A stretch of DNA of 31,096 bases. It comes from a candidate division WOR-3 bacterium (GTDB lineage: Bacteria > Hydrothermota > Tepidihabitantia > Tepidihabitantales > DTDR01). Position 1 is the first letter of the stretch, and each line of letters begins with the position of its first letter. The DNA lies in the NCBI GenBank assembly GCA_039801885.1, contig JBDRVN010000015.1:1-31096 (forward strand), read 5' to 3'. The notes under the pieces are model-generated. The model had not been told where the DNA came from and searched no databases. It was given only the letters and a program-made list of their open reading frames with translations. This document shows, piece by piece, positions 8,792 through 17,890 of the stretch. The position numbers were made by a program, and so were the translations under genes.

Positions 8792-10723
8792 TTATTTTTT
8801 ACTTCTAACAAAATCCAATAACTCTTTTGCCTTGGCAGCAATATGTTCGCCAGAAACTTCAAATTCCCACATCAATTCCCAAGGCGCACCGCTTTCGCCA
8901 AATCTATCTTTCACACCGATATAATCTAAAATAACTTTTTTACCATAAAGTTCTCTTGCTGAAGCAATGACTCCAGCAACCCTATTTGCTAATCCGCCAA
9001 TTTGGTGTTCTTCAGCAGTAATAATTATTCCAGTTTCTAAAGCAGCTTGCACAATTACATCTCGATTTATTGGTTTTAAGGTATGTAAATTGATAACTCT
9101 TATTTCAATTCCATATTCCTCTTTTAACATCCAGGCTGTCCGCATTGCCTCAGGAACCATTGGTCCGCAAGCAATGATTGTTAAATCTTCGTTTTCGTTT
9201 TTATATTCTGTTGCCAAATAGATATCAAAGGCATCAATAAATTTTTCACTTTCTTTCCGATAACGATAAATATTCGGCACATTCCAAACAAAAGGAGTAT
9301 CTTCTTTGGTTACAATTGGTGTTGCCTCTCTGGCAAATCTAATATATTTTGGTCCGACAATATTAAAAAGCATATATTTGGTTGCTTTTTTAGTTTCAAT
9401 TGCATCGCAACCGTGGGCACCGGCAACAAAAACATTGAAATTGCCATAACAGACCGAAACTCTTAATTGGTCTAAATTTCGGGCGCAAGCAAAGGTGCTA
9501 TAAGTTCCAAAAACTGGTAAAAATCCTTCTTTTGCTAAACCAGCAGACATTGCTGTTGCTGATTGTTCGGCAATACCGACTTCAATCCATCTCTTTAATC
9601 TCTCTGGTTTTCCTTTATAAAAATGGGAAATAGTAATTGAATCCGAAATATCAGCACCGATACAGACGATTCTTGAGTCATCGCCAGCTTCGGCTAAAGC
9701 TTCACCAAAACCAAATCTTGTTGCCTTCATTTCCACTTTCATATTTTGTTGCCGATTCCAGAAATAATCTTTCTTAGTAACTTTGGGAACCTTAGCCATC
9801 AGTTTCTTAGTTGCTTCTTTCTGATAATCTTCAGCAATTTTAAATAATCTTTCCACATCGATCTTTTTATCTAATCCTAAATCTTTTAATCCTTGCCACA
9901 TCTGTTCAACCGTTGGTGCTTTACCATGCCATTCTGCTTTATCTTCCATAAAGGAAACTCCTTTCCCTTTTATCGTATGGGCAATGATTAATTTTGGTTT
10001 TCCCTTTATTTTTTTTACTTCTTCAAAAGCCCAAAGAATTTGTTCCATATTATGACCATCAATCTCAATTACATGCCAATGGAAGGCTTCGAATTTCTCT
10101 TTTACTGGATCAATATTCATCACTTCTTCTACCCGACCATCAATTTGTAAACGGTTTTTATCTAAAATAGATACCAAATTATCCAATTTAAAATGTCCCG
10201 CCTCCATTGCTCCTTCCCAAATATTTCCCTCTTGAAATTCACCATCGCCATTAAGGACATAAACATAGTAATCTTTATTTTTTAATTTACCAGCATAAGC
10301 TACACCCACACCAATAGAAAGACCTTGTCCTAATGAACCGGTGGAAAATTCTACGCCATCCAATTTTAGCCAATGGGGGTGACCTTGATAAGGAGAATAC
10401 AATTTTCTTAATCTTACTACATCTTCAACCGGATAGAAGCCAGCAATTCCTAACCCAAGATATAAAGAAGGCGCTTTATGGCCTGTCGACCAGATAATTC
10501 TATCCCGATCTTCCCAAAAAGGTTCTTTTGGGTCAAGACGGGCAACATGTAAATATAAGGCAGTTGTGATATCCATTATTGATAGAGTTCCCCCACTATG
10601 ACCACTACCAGCCGCTGCCAGACAAACTAAATTTAAACCTCTTAAATAGTTAGCAATTTCTTTTAATTCTTCAACCGTATAGATTTTAATTATTTTTCCT
10701 GTTTTTGAGTCAATTAAAGGCAT
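8792..10723 (-). CDS. tkt: Transketolase (fused N- and C-terminal subunit type) with an apparent in-frame internal deletion
   Basis: SGHSGGTLS, DRIIWSTGHKAP, YQGHP, STGSLGQG, ThDP motif GDGEFQEG..LDKN, HTIKGKG, WHGKAP, VGIAEQ, RNLDQLR, TAEEH..GGL. The segment normally containing GxDGxTHQ is missing between GAHG and CDAIET. Confidence 0.9.
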   Translation of the reverse strand: MPLIDSKTGKIIKIYTVEELKEIANYLRGLNLVCLAAAGSGHSGGTLSIMDITTALYLHVARLDPKEPFWEDRDRIIWSTGHKAPSLYLGLGIAGFYPVEDVVRLRKLYSPYQGHPHWLKLDGVEFSTGSLGQGLSIGVGVAYAGKLKNKDYYVYVLNGDGEFQEGNIWEGAMEAGHFKLDNLVSILDKNRLQIDGRVEEVMNIDPVKEKFEAFHWHVIEIDGHNMEQILWAFEEVKKIKGKPKLIIAHTIKGKGVSFMEDKAEWHGKAPTVEQMWQGLKDLGLDKKIDVERLFKIAEDYQKEATKKLMAKVPKVTKKDYFWNRQQNMKVEMKATRFGFGEALAEAGDDSRIVCIGADISDSITISHFYKGKPERLKRWIEVGIAEQSATAMSAGLAKEGFLPVFGTYSTFACARNLDQLRVSVCYGNFNVFVAGAHGCDAIETKKATKYMLFNIVGPKYIRFAREATPIVTKEDTPFVWNVPNIYRYRKESEKFIDAFDIYLATEYKNENEDLTIIACGPMVPEAMRTAWMLKEEYGIEIRVINLHTLKPINRDVIVQAALETGIIITAEEHQIGGLANRVAGVIASARELYGKKVILDYIGVKDRFGESGAPWELMWEFEVSGEHIAAKAKELLDFVRSKK

Positions 10724-10735
10724 TTCACCTCCAAT

Positions 10736-11380
10736 TTATTTTGGAATTTTTTGATAATCTTCAAAAAATTTTTTAATACCAATATCAGTTAACGGATGTT
10801 TTACCATTAATTCTAATACTTGATAAGGGCAGGTAACAATATGAGCGCCAAGTTTTGCTGCTGTTACCACATGTAAGGGATTACGAACACTGGCAACGAT
10901 TATTTCAGTTTTAAAATTGTAATTTTTATAGATTTGGACAATATCGCCAACAATCTCCATTCCAAAATGAGAAATGTCATCAAGACGGCCAACAAAGGGT
11001 GAAACAAAAGTTGCTCCGGCTTTTGCTGCCAAGATTGCCTGATTAGGAGAAAAGACTAAAGTCATATTTGTTTTTATTTTTTCTTGTGAAAGAATTTTTA
11101 CTGCCTTTAAACCATCTTTGGTCATGGGTATTTTAATTGTTATCCATTCGCCATATTTTGCTAACCCTCTTGCTTCTTTTACCATCCCTTCCCAATCAGA
11201 AGAAATTACTTCTACCGAGATGGGTCCTTTAACAAGTTCAACAATCTCTTTGATACAGACATCAAATTTTTTACCAGTTTTAGCAACCAAAGTTGGGTTA
11301 GTTGTTACGCCATCTAAAATTCCCCAAGAATGAACTTCTTTTATTTCATTTATATCTGCTGAGTCAATAAATATCTTCAT
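10736..11380 (-). CDS. tal: Transaldolase (small FSA/TalC-like family)
   Basis: Start re-assigned to ATG 11380 ([14 protein letters not shown] at 11389-11385). GVTTNPTL, Schiff-base IKIP, NMTLVFS. Glu in GPISVEV and Phe in SPFVGRLDD are the transaldolase-type residues (FSA has Gln/Tyr). Confidence 0.93.
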   Translation of the reverse strand: MKIFIDSADINEIKEVHSWGILDGVTTNPTLVAKTGKKFDVCIKEIVELVKGPISVEVISSDWEGMVKEARGLAKYGEWITIKIPMTKDGLKAVKILSQEKIKTNMTLVFSPNQAILAAKAGATFVSPFVGRLDDISHFGMEIVGDIVQIYKNYNFKTEIIVASVRNPLHVVTAAKLGAHIVTCPYQVLELMVKHPLTDIGIKKFFEDYQKIPK

Positions 11381-11402
11381 AAGACCTCCGAGTTTAGAAA
11401 AA

Positions 11403-11430
11403 ATTATAGTAAAATTATAGTTTTTTTCAA
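11403..11430 (-). promoter_or_regulatory. sigma70 promoter of the tal-tkt-aminotransferase operon (TTGAAA-16-TATAAT)
   Basis: -35 at 11430-11425, -10 at 11408-11403, followed by a short leader with GGAGG. Confidence 0.6.
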
Positions 11431-11446
11431 TCACAAAAAGGATTTA

Positions 11447-11475
11447 TTGAAATTTCTCTTATTTGATTTTAAAAT
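11447..11475 (+). promoter_or_regulatory. sigma70 promoter of the MFS operon (TTGAAA-17-TAAAAT-9 nt-ATG)
   Basis: -35 at 11447-11452, -10 at 11470-11475, ATG at 11485 without an SD. Confidence 0.55.
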
Positions 11476-11484
11476 TTAGTTTTA

Positions 11485-12705
11485 ATGATTAAAGTTTTAA
11501 AGATAAGAAATTTTCTTTTTTTAACCTTGTCTTCAACTCTTTCTCAATTTGGCGATAGACTTACTCATATGCTTTTGATAACTCTGATTGCCGAAATTAG
11601 TAAAGGGAAGGTTTTTACTTATTCCCAAGCAAGCTTGACTTTTACCTTACCAGTGTTAATTCTTTCGCCTTTTTGTGGTGTTTTAGTAGAGAGATGGGAA
11701 AAGAGAAGAGTAATGTTTTTTGCCCATTTAATCCAATTTTTTTTATTAATTTTAACGCCAGTTTTAATAATTCTTTTGAAAACCTATTATGTAATTTTCT
11801 TTTCTTTATTTCTTTTCTTCTTAATTGATTTGTTTAACAATACTGCCAAACCTTCTCTTTTGCCTTCTTTGGTAAAAAAGGAAGATTTACTTGTTGCCAA
11901 TTCTTTAGATCAAACTTTTATAAGGATAGCGACTGTTTTGGGAATGGTGGTTGGTGGTTTTTTAATAAAATGGGTTGGCTGGCAATTTGGTTTTCTTATT
12001 AATGCCTTTACCCATTTAAGTGCGGGGCTTTTGGTTTTAGGAATTAGTTATTACGAAATAAAAAAAGGGTTTTTAGAAAAAGAGGAAAGTATTACCCTTT
12101 TAATTTCTAAATCTTTAAAAATTTTCTATAATGATTTAAAAGAACTCTTTTTTTATATGAGAAAGTCAAAGATTGTTTTATTTGTTTTATTTTCTATATT
12201 TTTAACTACGGCAATTGCCAGTATTTCTTACACAATTTTAATCTATTTAATCCAACAAGTCCTGAATTTGGGAACAGGTGGTGTTGGGATATTTGCTGGT
12301 ATTTTGGCAATTGGTATGATTACCGGTGCTTTGATATTGGGATTTTTTAAAAAAATTGAAAATAAGAAAAATTTAATAATTTTTGGTATTTTTATTTTGG
12401 GCTTCTTTTTTATGATTGGGGTTTATTTGATTAAACCTTCTTTTATGGTAATTATTGGATTAATTGCCGGTATAACTTTTTCAATAATTACCGTTGCTCA
12501 GAATACAATTTTACAAGAAGAAGTAGAAAAAGATATTAGGGCAAGGATTTTTTCCACAAAAGAATTTATTACCAATGCTAGTTTTATCTTAACTTCTTTA
12601 CCAATCGGGTTTTTGAGTGATTTAACTTCTTATAAATTTATGTTATTTATTTTAGGAATTTTTTTAATGGCAATTGCTATTTTTTTAAAAATTTTAATTA
12701 AATGA
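11485..12705 (+). CDS. MFS transporter (DHA3/EntS/MefA-like)
   Basis: About 12 hydrophobic segments; RNFLFL..SQFGD; motif A GVLVERWEKRRVM; PSLVKKEDLLVANSL; LQEEVEKDIRARIFS. Confidence 0.9.
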   Translation: MIKVLKIRNFLFLTLSSTLSQFGDRLTHMLLITLIAEISKGKVFTYSQASLTFTLPVLILSPFCGVLVERWEKRRVMFFAHLIQFFLLILTPVLIILLKTYYVIFFSLFLFFLIDLFNNTAKPSLLPSLVKKEDLLVANSLDQTFIRIATVLGMVVGGFLIKWVGWQFGFLINAFTHLSAGLLVLGISYYEIKKGFLEKEESITLLISKSLKIFYNDLKELFFYMRKSKIVLFVLFSIFLTTAIASISYTILIYLIQQVLNLGTGGVGIFAGILAIGMITGALILGFFKKIENKKNLIIFGIFILGFFFMIGVYLIKPSFMVIIGLIAGITFSIITVAQNTILQEEVEKDIRARIFSTKEFITNASFILTSLPIGFLSDLTSYKFMLFILGIFLMAIAIFLKILIK

Positions 12706-14339
12706 TTTTATTTTTATTATTTTTATTTAATAAACCGATAATCGGGGTTTTTAATCTTAAACCGGAAAAAGAAGTTATTAATTTGTTAAAAGATTGTTAT
12801 TTTAATTTTGTTCAAATTTATGGCGACGTAGATATTAATAAATTAAAAGAAAAAATTATTATTTTTAAGGAAAATAATATCTCTTTAATAATTGATGACC
12901 CAATAATCAGCCGTTTAGCCTCTTTGGTATATTACCAAAGAAAGGTTGATAATTTGCCAATTAAGATTTTTCAAGATTTTATAAATTTTAATATCCCTGG
13001 TTCAGAAAGAGAAAAATATTATTTTAGAATAAAAATAAAGAATTATAAAAGAGATAAGAATTACTTGGTTATAAAAAATGAAGAGATTTTAAAAAGAATA
13101 CCAGTAAGAATAAAGAAAGATAAAGAATTTATTTTTGTTATAAAAGGTGAGGAGCTTATTGACTTTCAATATGTAATTCTTGATTTAGAAGAGAAAGAAG
13201 GTTGGCAAATTGAATCTTTTACTATTTATACAAGTTCTTCTGATTCCCTTTTAAAAGGTTATTTTGATAGAATAATCAAAGAAAGGGTAAATTTTTATGA
13301 AAGGTTTATTGATAAAGATTTTCAAATCTATTTATATCTAAGTGATGAGACAAAATATTACCAATGTTTAACAACCCGATATATGAAAGATAGAATAGAA
13401 GAATATTCTAATAAAAAAATTACCGGTCTTTCTCATTTACCATTTATTACGAAAGATTATTGTGAGAATGTTAAGCCAAGTTTTCTTTGGGTTGATATTT
13501 ATCATAATATTGGAAGGAATGCCGATTTTAATTTGGAAAGGACACCGGAACCAGAGGATACAAATTTTATATATTTCTTAGAAGACTTACTGATTAGAAA
13601 ATTAGATAGCGTAAGAAAATACTCTTTAATTTATAATATTCCTTTCATCTATGAAGCACCAGCATTTAGTGAGGCTTGTTATATCTTTGATAATTTAGTA
13701 GATTATTTTCCACCTTATAAAAAAGAATGGGATGATAGTGTGAAAAGAAATAGCGAAGAGGAAGGAGCCTATCGAGAAATAAGTGAAGAAGAATTAAATT
13801 GTATTATTAATCTTGCTTTATTATACGGAGCAAAAGGAATTTTCTATTGGCATTTCTTACCATTAGACGGGATATGGCAATTTCAGTATGGGAAAAATAA
13901 AGGAAAATATAAATATTATTATTTAAATGGAATGGTAAAAAGAGAAACCTTGGCTTTAAGACCGGTTGGTGAATATGTGAAAAAGATAAATAAAAGGTTG
14001 AGAATAATTTTAGAAATTTTAAAAGATTTTACTTCTAAGCAGGTTTTTAGTTGCGATAGAAAAGGTTTTATTAACGAAAATCCCTTATTTTTGTTTTATA
14101 CTAACTATCCTTATTTACATTTTGGAATTTTAGAGAATGGAAAGAGAAAATATTTAATGATTGTAGAAAAGGGCTGTGAAAAAAGTATAAAAGAAGCCAA
14201 GATATATTTAAAAAGAGAACTTAAATTTTATGATATTTGGGAAAAGAAGTTTGTTGATTTTCAGAAAAAAGATAAATATTATTATTTTAAAGTTAAGTTA
14301 AAAGGCGGTGAAGGTAAAATTTTTGAAATTATTGATTAA
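12702..14339 (+). CDS. Hypothetical secreted/membrane-anchored protein, possibly a glycoside-hydrolase-like TIM barrel
   Basis: Short N-terminal hydrophobic stretch. YLSDE, WVDIY and LALLYGAKGIFYWHF resemble strands of GH-A-like barrels; C-terminal beta-sandwich-like end (LKGGEGKIFEI). ATGA overlap with the MFS gene. Confidence 0.45.
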   Translation: MILFLLFLFNKPIIGVFNLKPEKEVINLLKDCYFNFVQIYGDVDINKLKEKIIIFKENNISLIIDDPIISRLASLVYYQRKVDNLPIKIFQDFINFNIPGSEREKYYFRIKIKNYKRDKNYLVIKNEEILKRIPVRIKKDKEFIFVIKGEELIDFQYVILDLEEKEGWQIESFTIYTSSSDSLLKGYFDRIIKERVNFYERFIDKDFQIYLYLSDETKYYQCLTTRYMKDRIEEYSNKKITGLSHLPFITKDYCENVKPSFLWVDIYHNIGRNADFNLERTPEPEDTNFIYFLEDLLIRKLDSVRKYSLIYNIPFIYEAPAFSEACYIFDNLVDYFPPYKKEWDDSVKRNSEEEGAYREISEEELNCIINLALLYGAKGIFYWHFLPLDGIWQFQYGKNKGKYKYYYLNGMVKRETLALRPVGEYVKKINKRLRIILEILKDFTSKQVFSCDRKGFINENPLFLFYTNYPYLHFGILENGKRKYLMIVEKGCEKSIKEAKIYLKRELKFYDIWEKKFVDFQKKDKYYYFKVKLKGGEGKIFEIID

Positions 14340-14354
14340 TAAAAGGAGGAAAAA

Positions 14355-14909
14355 ATGGATGTGAAAGAAGCAATTTTAAAAAGAAGGGCTTATCGTTCGT
14401 TAAAAGAGGTAGGGATTGATGAAAAATTAATAAGAGATTTAGCCGAATGTGCCAGTTTAGCCCCTTCTTGTTTTAATAATCAACCTTGGCGATTTGTTTT
14501 TGTTTATGATAAAGAAACAAAAGAGAGATTACATACTGCTTTAGCAAAAGGTAATGAATGGGCATATTCTTCGTCAATAATTATTGCGGTTTTTAGTAAA
14601 AAAGAATTAGATTGTCAGATAAAAGGTAGAGATTACTATCTTTTTGATACTGGTATGGCGGTTGCCTTTTTGATTTTAAGAGCAACTGAATTGGGTTTAG
14701 TTGCCCATCCAATTGCTGGTTATGATGAAGAAAAAGTAAAAGAGATACTAAACATTCCTCAAGATATGCAAGTAATTACCTTAATTATTGTTGGTGATAA
14801 ATCAGAAGAGATAAACAAAACCCTAACAGAAAAACAGATTGAATTTGAAACTAAAAGACCAGAGAGATTATCCTTAGAGAAGTTTGTTTATTTTAATATT
14901 TATAAATAA
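14355..14909 (+). CDS. Nitroreductase family flavoprotein
   Basis: AILKRRAYRS, LAPSCFNNQPWRFVFV, FDTGMA..LILRATELGL..HPIAG, C-terminal RPERLSL; AGGAGG SD. Confidence 0.93.
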   Translation: MDVKEAILKRRAYRSLKEVGIDEKLIRDLAECASLAPSCFNNQPWRFVFVYDKETKERLHTALAKGNEWAYSSSIIIAVFSKKELDCQIKGRDYYLFDTGMAVAFLILRATELGLVAHPIAGYDEEKVKEILNIPQDMQVITLIIVGDKSEEINKTLTEKQIEFETKRPERLSLEKFVYFNIYK

Positions 14910-14945
14910 AATAAAAATTAGTAATTTCAATCAGGAAGAAGTAAT

Positions 14946-16298
14946 TTAACCAACTGAAATCTCTTCTTCGGGAAAATCAATATGTTCTCTTCTTTCCTTA
15001 ATAAATAATCTTAATATATTAATTACGCCAACACGACCAAAAAGCATTACCAAGATTATAATTATCTTGGAAATGTTAGAAAAGTCATAGGAAAGGGAAA
15101 CTAAGTTATTTATCTTTGAACCACAGGAAAGTCCGACAGTTCCAAAGGCGGATAAGATTTCAAAAAGGATTTCTATAAAGTTAATATTCTTTTCAATCAA
15201 GGTAATAAAGAAACTACTGATAAAGATAAGAATTAAAGAAAGAATAATAATCGCGATACTCTTTTCTATTACCGAAGTTGTTAATCTTCTTTTAAAAATT
15301 CTTTGGGGCAATGTTCCTTTTAGAAAATAGAAGGGATAAAGTAAGCCAACCAAAAAAGTGGTTGTTTTTATTCCACCACCAGTACCACCGGGTGAAGCAC
15401 CAATAAACATTAAAAGCATAACAATAACCATTGTGGCATAACGGAAACTACCAACAGAAATAAGATTAAAACCAGCAGTCCTTGGTGTCACCGAATGGAA
15501 AAAAGAGATAATTATCTTGTTTAAAATAGGGAAATCTTTTAAACTATTATTAAATTCTAAGATATAAATTATAAAAGTTCCTAAAAGAATTAGAATTAAG
15601 GTGGTAAAAAGGACAAGTTTTGTATGAAGGCTAATTTTGGAGTTTCTTTTTTTTATATGGGTCCAATAAATATCGCTCCAAACGATAAATCCCAAACCGC
15701 CGCTAATAAATAAAAAGGCAATAACTAAGGGAACAAATATATGATAAGCAAAAATAGAAAGATTATTCCCAAAAGAAGAAAAACCAGCATTACAAAATGC
15801 CGATACCGAATGGAAAACTGCGTGAAAGATAGAGGTTTTTAAAGGCATTTTTTGAAAGAGATAAAAATAGAAAAAAAGTAAAAAGAAGCCAATACCTTCA
15901 AAAATAAAGACAACCCGAGCAACATCCAAAAGGAAATAACGAAAATTCTTAAAAGAAGTGATTCCCGTATGTTCTTTTACTAAAAACATATCGCGAAAAC
16001 TTGCCTTTTGGCGAAAGAGCAAGATTAGAATGGTGGTAATTGTCATATAACCTAAACCACCAAGTTGAATTAATATTAAAATAACAATCTTGCCAAAAAA
16101 AGTAAAGTCTTCTTCGGTATTTTTCACAATTAAGCCGGTAACACATACTGCCGAAGTAGCGGTATATAAGGCATCAATATAAGAAATTCCTTTTGTTGTT
16201 GAGAACGGTAAATAAAGCAAAATAGAGCTGATAATAATTAAAATCAAAAAAAATTGGATAAGAAACCTTGCCGGATTAAAAGTAGTAAAAAATTTCAT
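14946..16298 (-). CDS. ktrB: Ktr/Trk K+ uptake membrane subunit (KtrB/TrkH family)
   Basis: Four pore-loop motifs SAVCVTGL, SAFCNAGF, TPRTAGF, SAFGTVGL; IQLGGLG; FIGASPGGTGGGIKTTT; MLFGRVG; C-terminal PEEEISVG. Confidence 0.92.
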   Translation of the reverse strand: MKFFTTFNPARFLIQFFLILIIISSILLYLPFSTTKGISYIDALYTATSAVCVTGLIVKNTEEDFTFFGKIVILILIQLGGLGYMTITTILILLFRQKASFRDMFLVKEHTGITSFKNFRYFLLDVARVVFIFEGIGFFLLFFYFYLFQKMPLKTSIFHAVFHSVSAFCNAGFSSFGNNLSIFAYHIFVPLVIAFLFISGGLGFIVWSDIYWTHIKKRNSKISLHTKLVLFTTLILILLGTFIIYILEFNNSLKDFPILNKIIISFFHSVTPRTAGFNLISVGSFRYATMVIVMLLMFIGASPGGTGGGIKTTTFLVGLLYPFYFLKGTLPQRIFKRRLTTSVIEKSIAIIILSLILIFISSFFITLIEKNINFIEILFEILSAFGTVGLSCGSKINNLVSLSYDFSNISKIIIILVMLFGRVGVINILRLFIKERREHIDFPEEEISVG

Positions 16299-16306
16299 TA
16301 ATATTA

Positions 16307-16334
16307 AGATTATCTAAAAAATGGGATTTTTCAA
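16307..16334 (-). promoter_or_regulatory. Putative sigma70 promoter of ktrB (TTGAAA-16-TAATCT-8 nt-ATG)
   Basis: -35 at 16334-16329, -10 at 16312-16307, ATG at 16298 without an SD. Confidence 0.4.
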
Positions 16335-16358
16335 TTTATTTAATAAATAATAAATTTA

Positions 16359-16387
16359 TTGACATTTTTTAATTTTTTAGTTATAAT
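16359..16387 (+). promoter_or_regulatory. Consensus sigma70 promoter of the ompA-like gene (TTGACA-17-TATAAT)
   Basis: Perfect consensus, followed by a leader with AGGAGG before ATG 16417. Confidence 0.8.
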
Positions 16388-16416
16388 ATATTAAATAAAC
16401 TTAAAAGGAGGAAGGG

Positions 16417-17817
16417 ATGAGAAAGGAAAAAAACTTTATTTTTTTCTTAGTTTTATTTTCGTTTATTTTTGCCGAATTCAATACTACTTCAGTCGGGATT
16501 GATATTCCTACTGCTCAACTTCTAAAAAAAGGAAATCTTTTTATCGCTTACAGTGGTTCTAAGGGTTTAGAAAAAATTAATGAGTGGCCTGATGATTACT
16601 GTTATGAAGATAACGCCAATATTCGTTTTGGGTTATTAGACAATTTAGAAATCGGCTTAACTGCTTATACTTTTGAAGATTATGTGCTTAATTTTACTTT
16701 TGCGCCGATAATGAAAGAGAAATTTGCCCTGGCTTTGGGAATTCATAATATCGGTTTAAAAGGCGATATTTGCGAAAAAGGAAGTGGTTTAGGAAAAAGC
16801 TTCTACGACGACCATAATTATTATGAAGCCTATGGATTAAAACCGAGCGAAAACTTTTCTGCTTTTATCTGTGCAACGACTTCTCTTGCTAAATTTTTGA
16901 AAATCAATTTCGGAATTGGCCGAGGAAAATTTGTTGGTTATGGTCCCCGCTGCAAATATCTTAATACTGATTACTTTTTTGGCGAAGAGGAAAAACATAA
17001 CTGGGCAATCGGTCTTTTTGGCGGTTTAGAGTTGCAATTTGGCATTTTGAAAATGATTTTTGAAGGCGACGGAAGAGATATAAACATCGGAACAAAAATT
17101 AATATAAAGAACTTGGAGCTTGCTTGTGCTCTTACAAAATTTGAGGCGATTGCCTTTGGGAATAAACAAGAACGGATAGCCTTTGCTATTGGATATAATT
17201 TCCCATTGATAAAAGAGAAAGAAGAAGTTCCACCGCCGGTGGTTGAGAAATTTTATAAAGTTATTGGTAAAGTTTTTGATAGTGAAACAAAAGAGCCATT
17301 AGTAGCAAATGTGAAGATGGGAACAAAAGAGATAACTACCGACGAGAACGGTCTTTTTGAATTTGATAATGTAGCAACCGGCGATTATACAATTATGGTT
17401 AAAAGAGATGGTTACGAAGAACAAGAAAAAATAGTGAAAGTAGTTGAAGGAGATGTTTCCTTAGAGATTGCTTTAAAGAAAAAGGTAATTCCGGAATTCA
17501 AGACTATCTATTTTGATTTGGATAAATCAGAAATAAGAGAAGATATGAAAGATGAATTGGAGTATAACCTTTTGATTTTAAAAGAAAATCCCAATTTGAA
17601 TGTGGTAATTGAAGGACATGCCTGTGGAATTGGCGGTGAAAAATATAATTATGATTTGAGTCTCAAGAGGGCAGAAGCGGTTTATAATTATTTCTTAAAC
17701 GCTGGCATTGATAAAAATAGAATGGAAATCAAGGGTTATGGTGAAAAGAAACTAGTAACCACTGTGAAAGAAGAATATTGGAAAAACCGTCGAGTTGAAA
17801 TTGTTATAAAGAAGTAA
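16417..17817 (+). CDS. OmpA-family outer membrane protein (YjbH-like barrel + carboxypeptidase-regulatory-like domain + OmpA C-terminal domain)
   Basis: Signal peptide; IDIPTAQLLKKG barrel start; Pro linker VPPPVV; GKVFDSETKEPL..TTDENGLF..GDYTI..DGYE; IYFDLDKSEI, IEGHAC..G.EKYNYDLSLKRAEAV, GYGE, NRRVEI. Confidence 0.9.
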   Translation: MRKEKNFIFFLVLFSFIFAEFNTTSVGIDIPTAQLLKKGNLFIAYSGSKGLEKINEWPDDYCYEDNANIRFGLLDNLEIGLTAYTFEDYVLNFTFAPIMKEKFALALGIHNIGLKGDICEKGSGLGKSFYDDHNYYEAYGLKPSENFSAFICATTSLAKFLKINFGIGRGKFVGYGPRCKYLNTDYFFGEEEKHNWAIGLFGGLELQFGILKMIFEGDGRDINIGTKINIKNLELACALTKFEAIAFGNKQERIAFAIGYNFPLIKEKEEVPPPVVEKFYKVIGKVFDSETKEPLVANVKMGTKEITTDENGLFEFDNVATGDYTIMVKRDGYEEQEKIVKVVEGDVSLEIALKKKVIPEFKTIYFDLDKSEIREDMKDELEYNLLILKENPNLNVVIEGHACGIGGEKYNYDLSLKRAEAVYNYFLNAGIDKNRMEIKGYGEKKLVTTVKEEYWKNRRVEIVIKK

Positions 17818-17834
17818 TATCTAAAAATATTCCT

Positions 17835-17890
17835 GGCCGCGCTGTTAGAGTTATATAAATTTATCTAAAAAATTCTCTGGCAGCGCGGCC
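17835..17890 (+). terminator. GC-rich 16-bp stem-loop between convergent ompA-like and dppA genes
   Basis: GGCCGCGCTGTTAGAG (17835-17850) pairs with CTCTGGCAGCGCGGCC (17875-17890), with two U-G pairs on the + strand; no classic poly-U tail. Confidence 0.5.

Noticed and set aside
3332-9221. Short ORFs 3332..3526, 3793..3999, 4226..4546, 4540..4737, 4554..4754, 5676..5930, 8551..8808, 8967..9221
   Set aside because: All lie antisense within well-supported genes, have atypical composition and show no recognisable motifs or translation signals.
10736-11434. Fructose-6-phosphate aldolase call and the longer start at 11434
   Set aside because: The Glu/Phe diagnostic residues and the adjacent tkt indicate transaldolase; the extension spans the promoter and the SD supports ATG 11380.
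14946-16298. ktrB without an adjacent ktrA/trkA as a novelty
   Set aside because: The RCK subunit is often encoded elsewhere, and all four filter glycines are normal.
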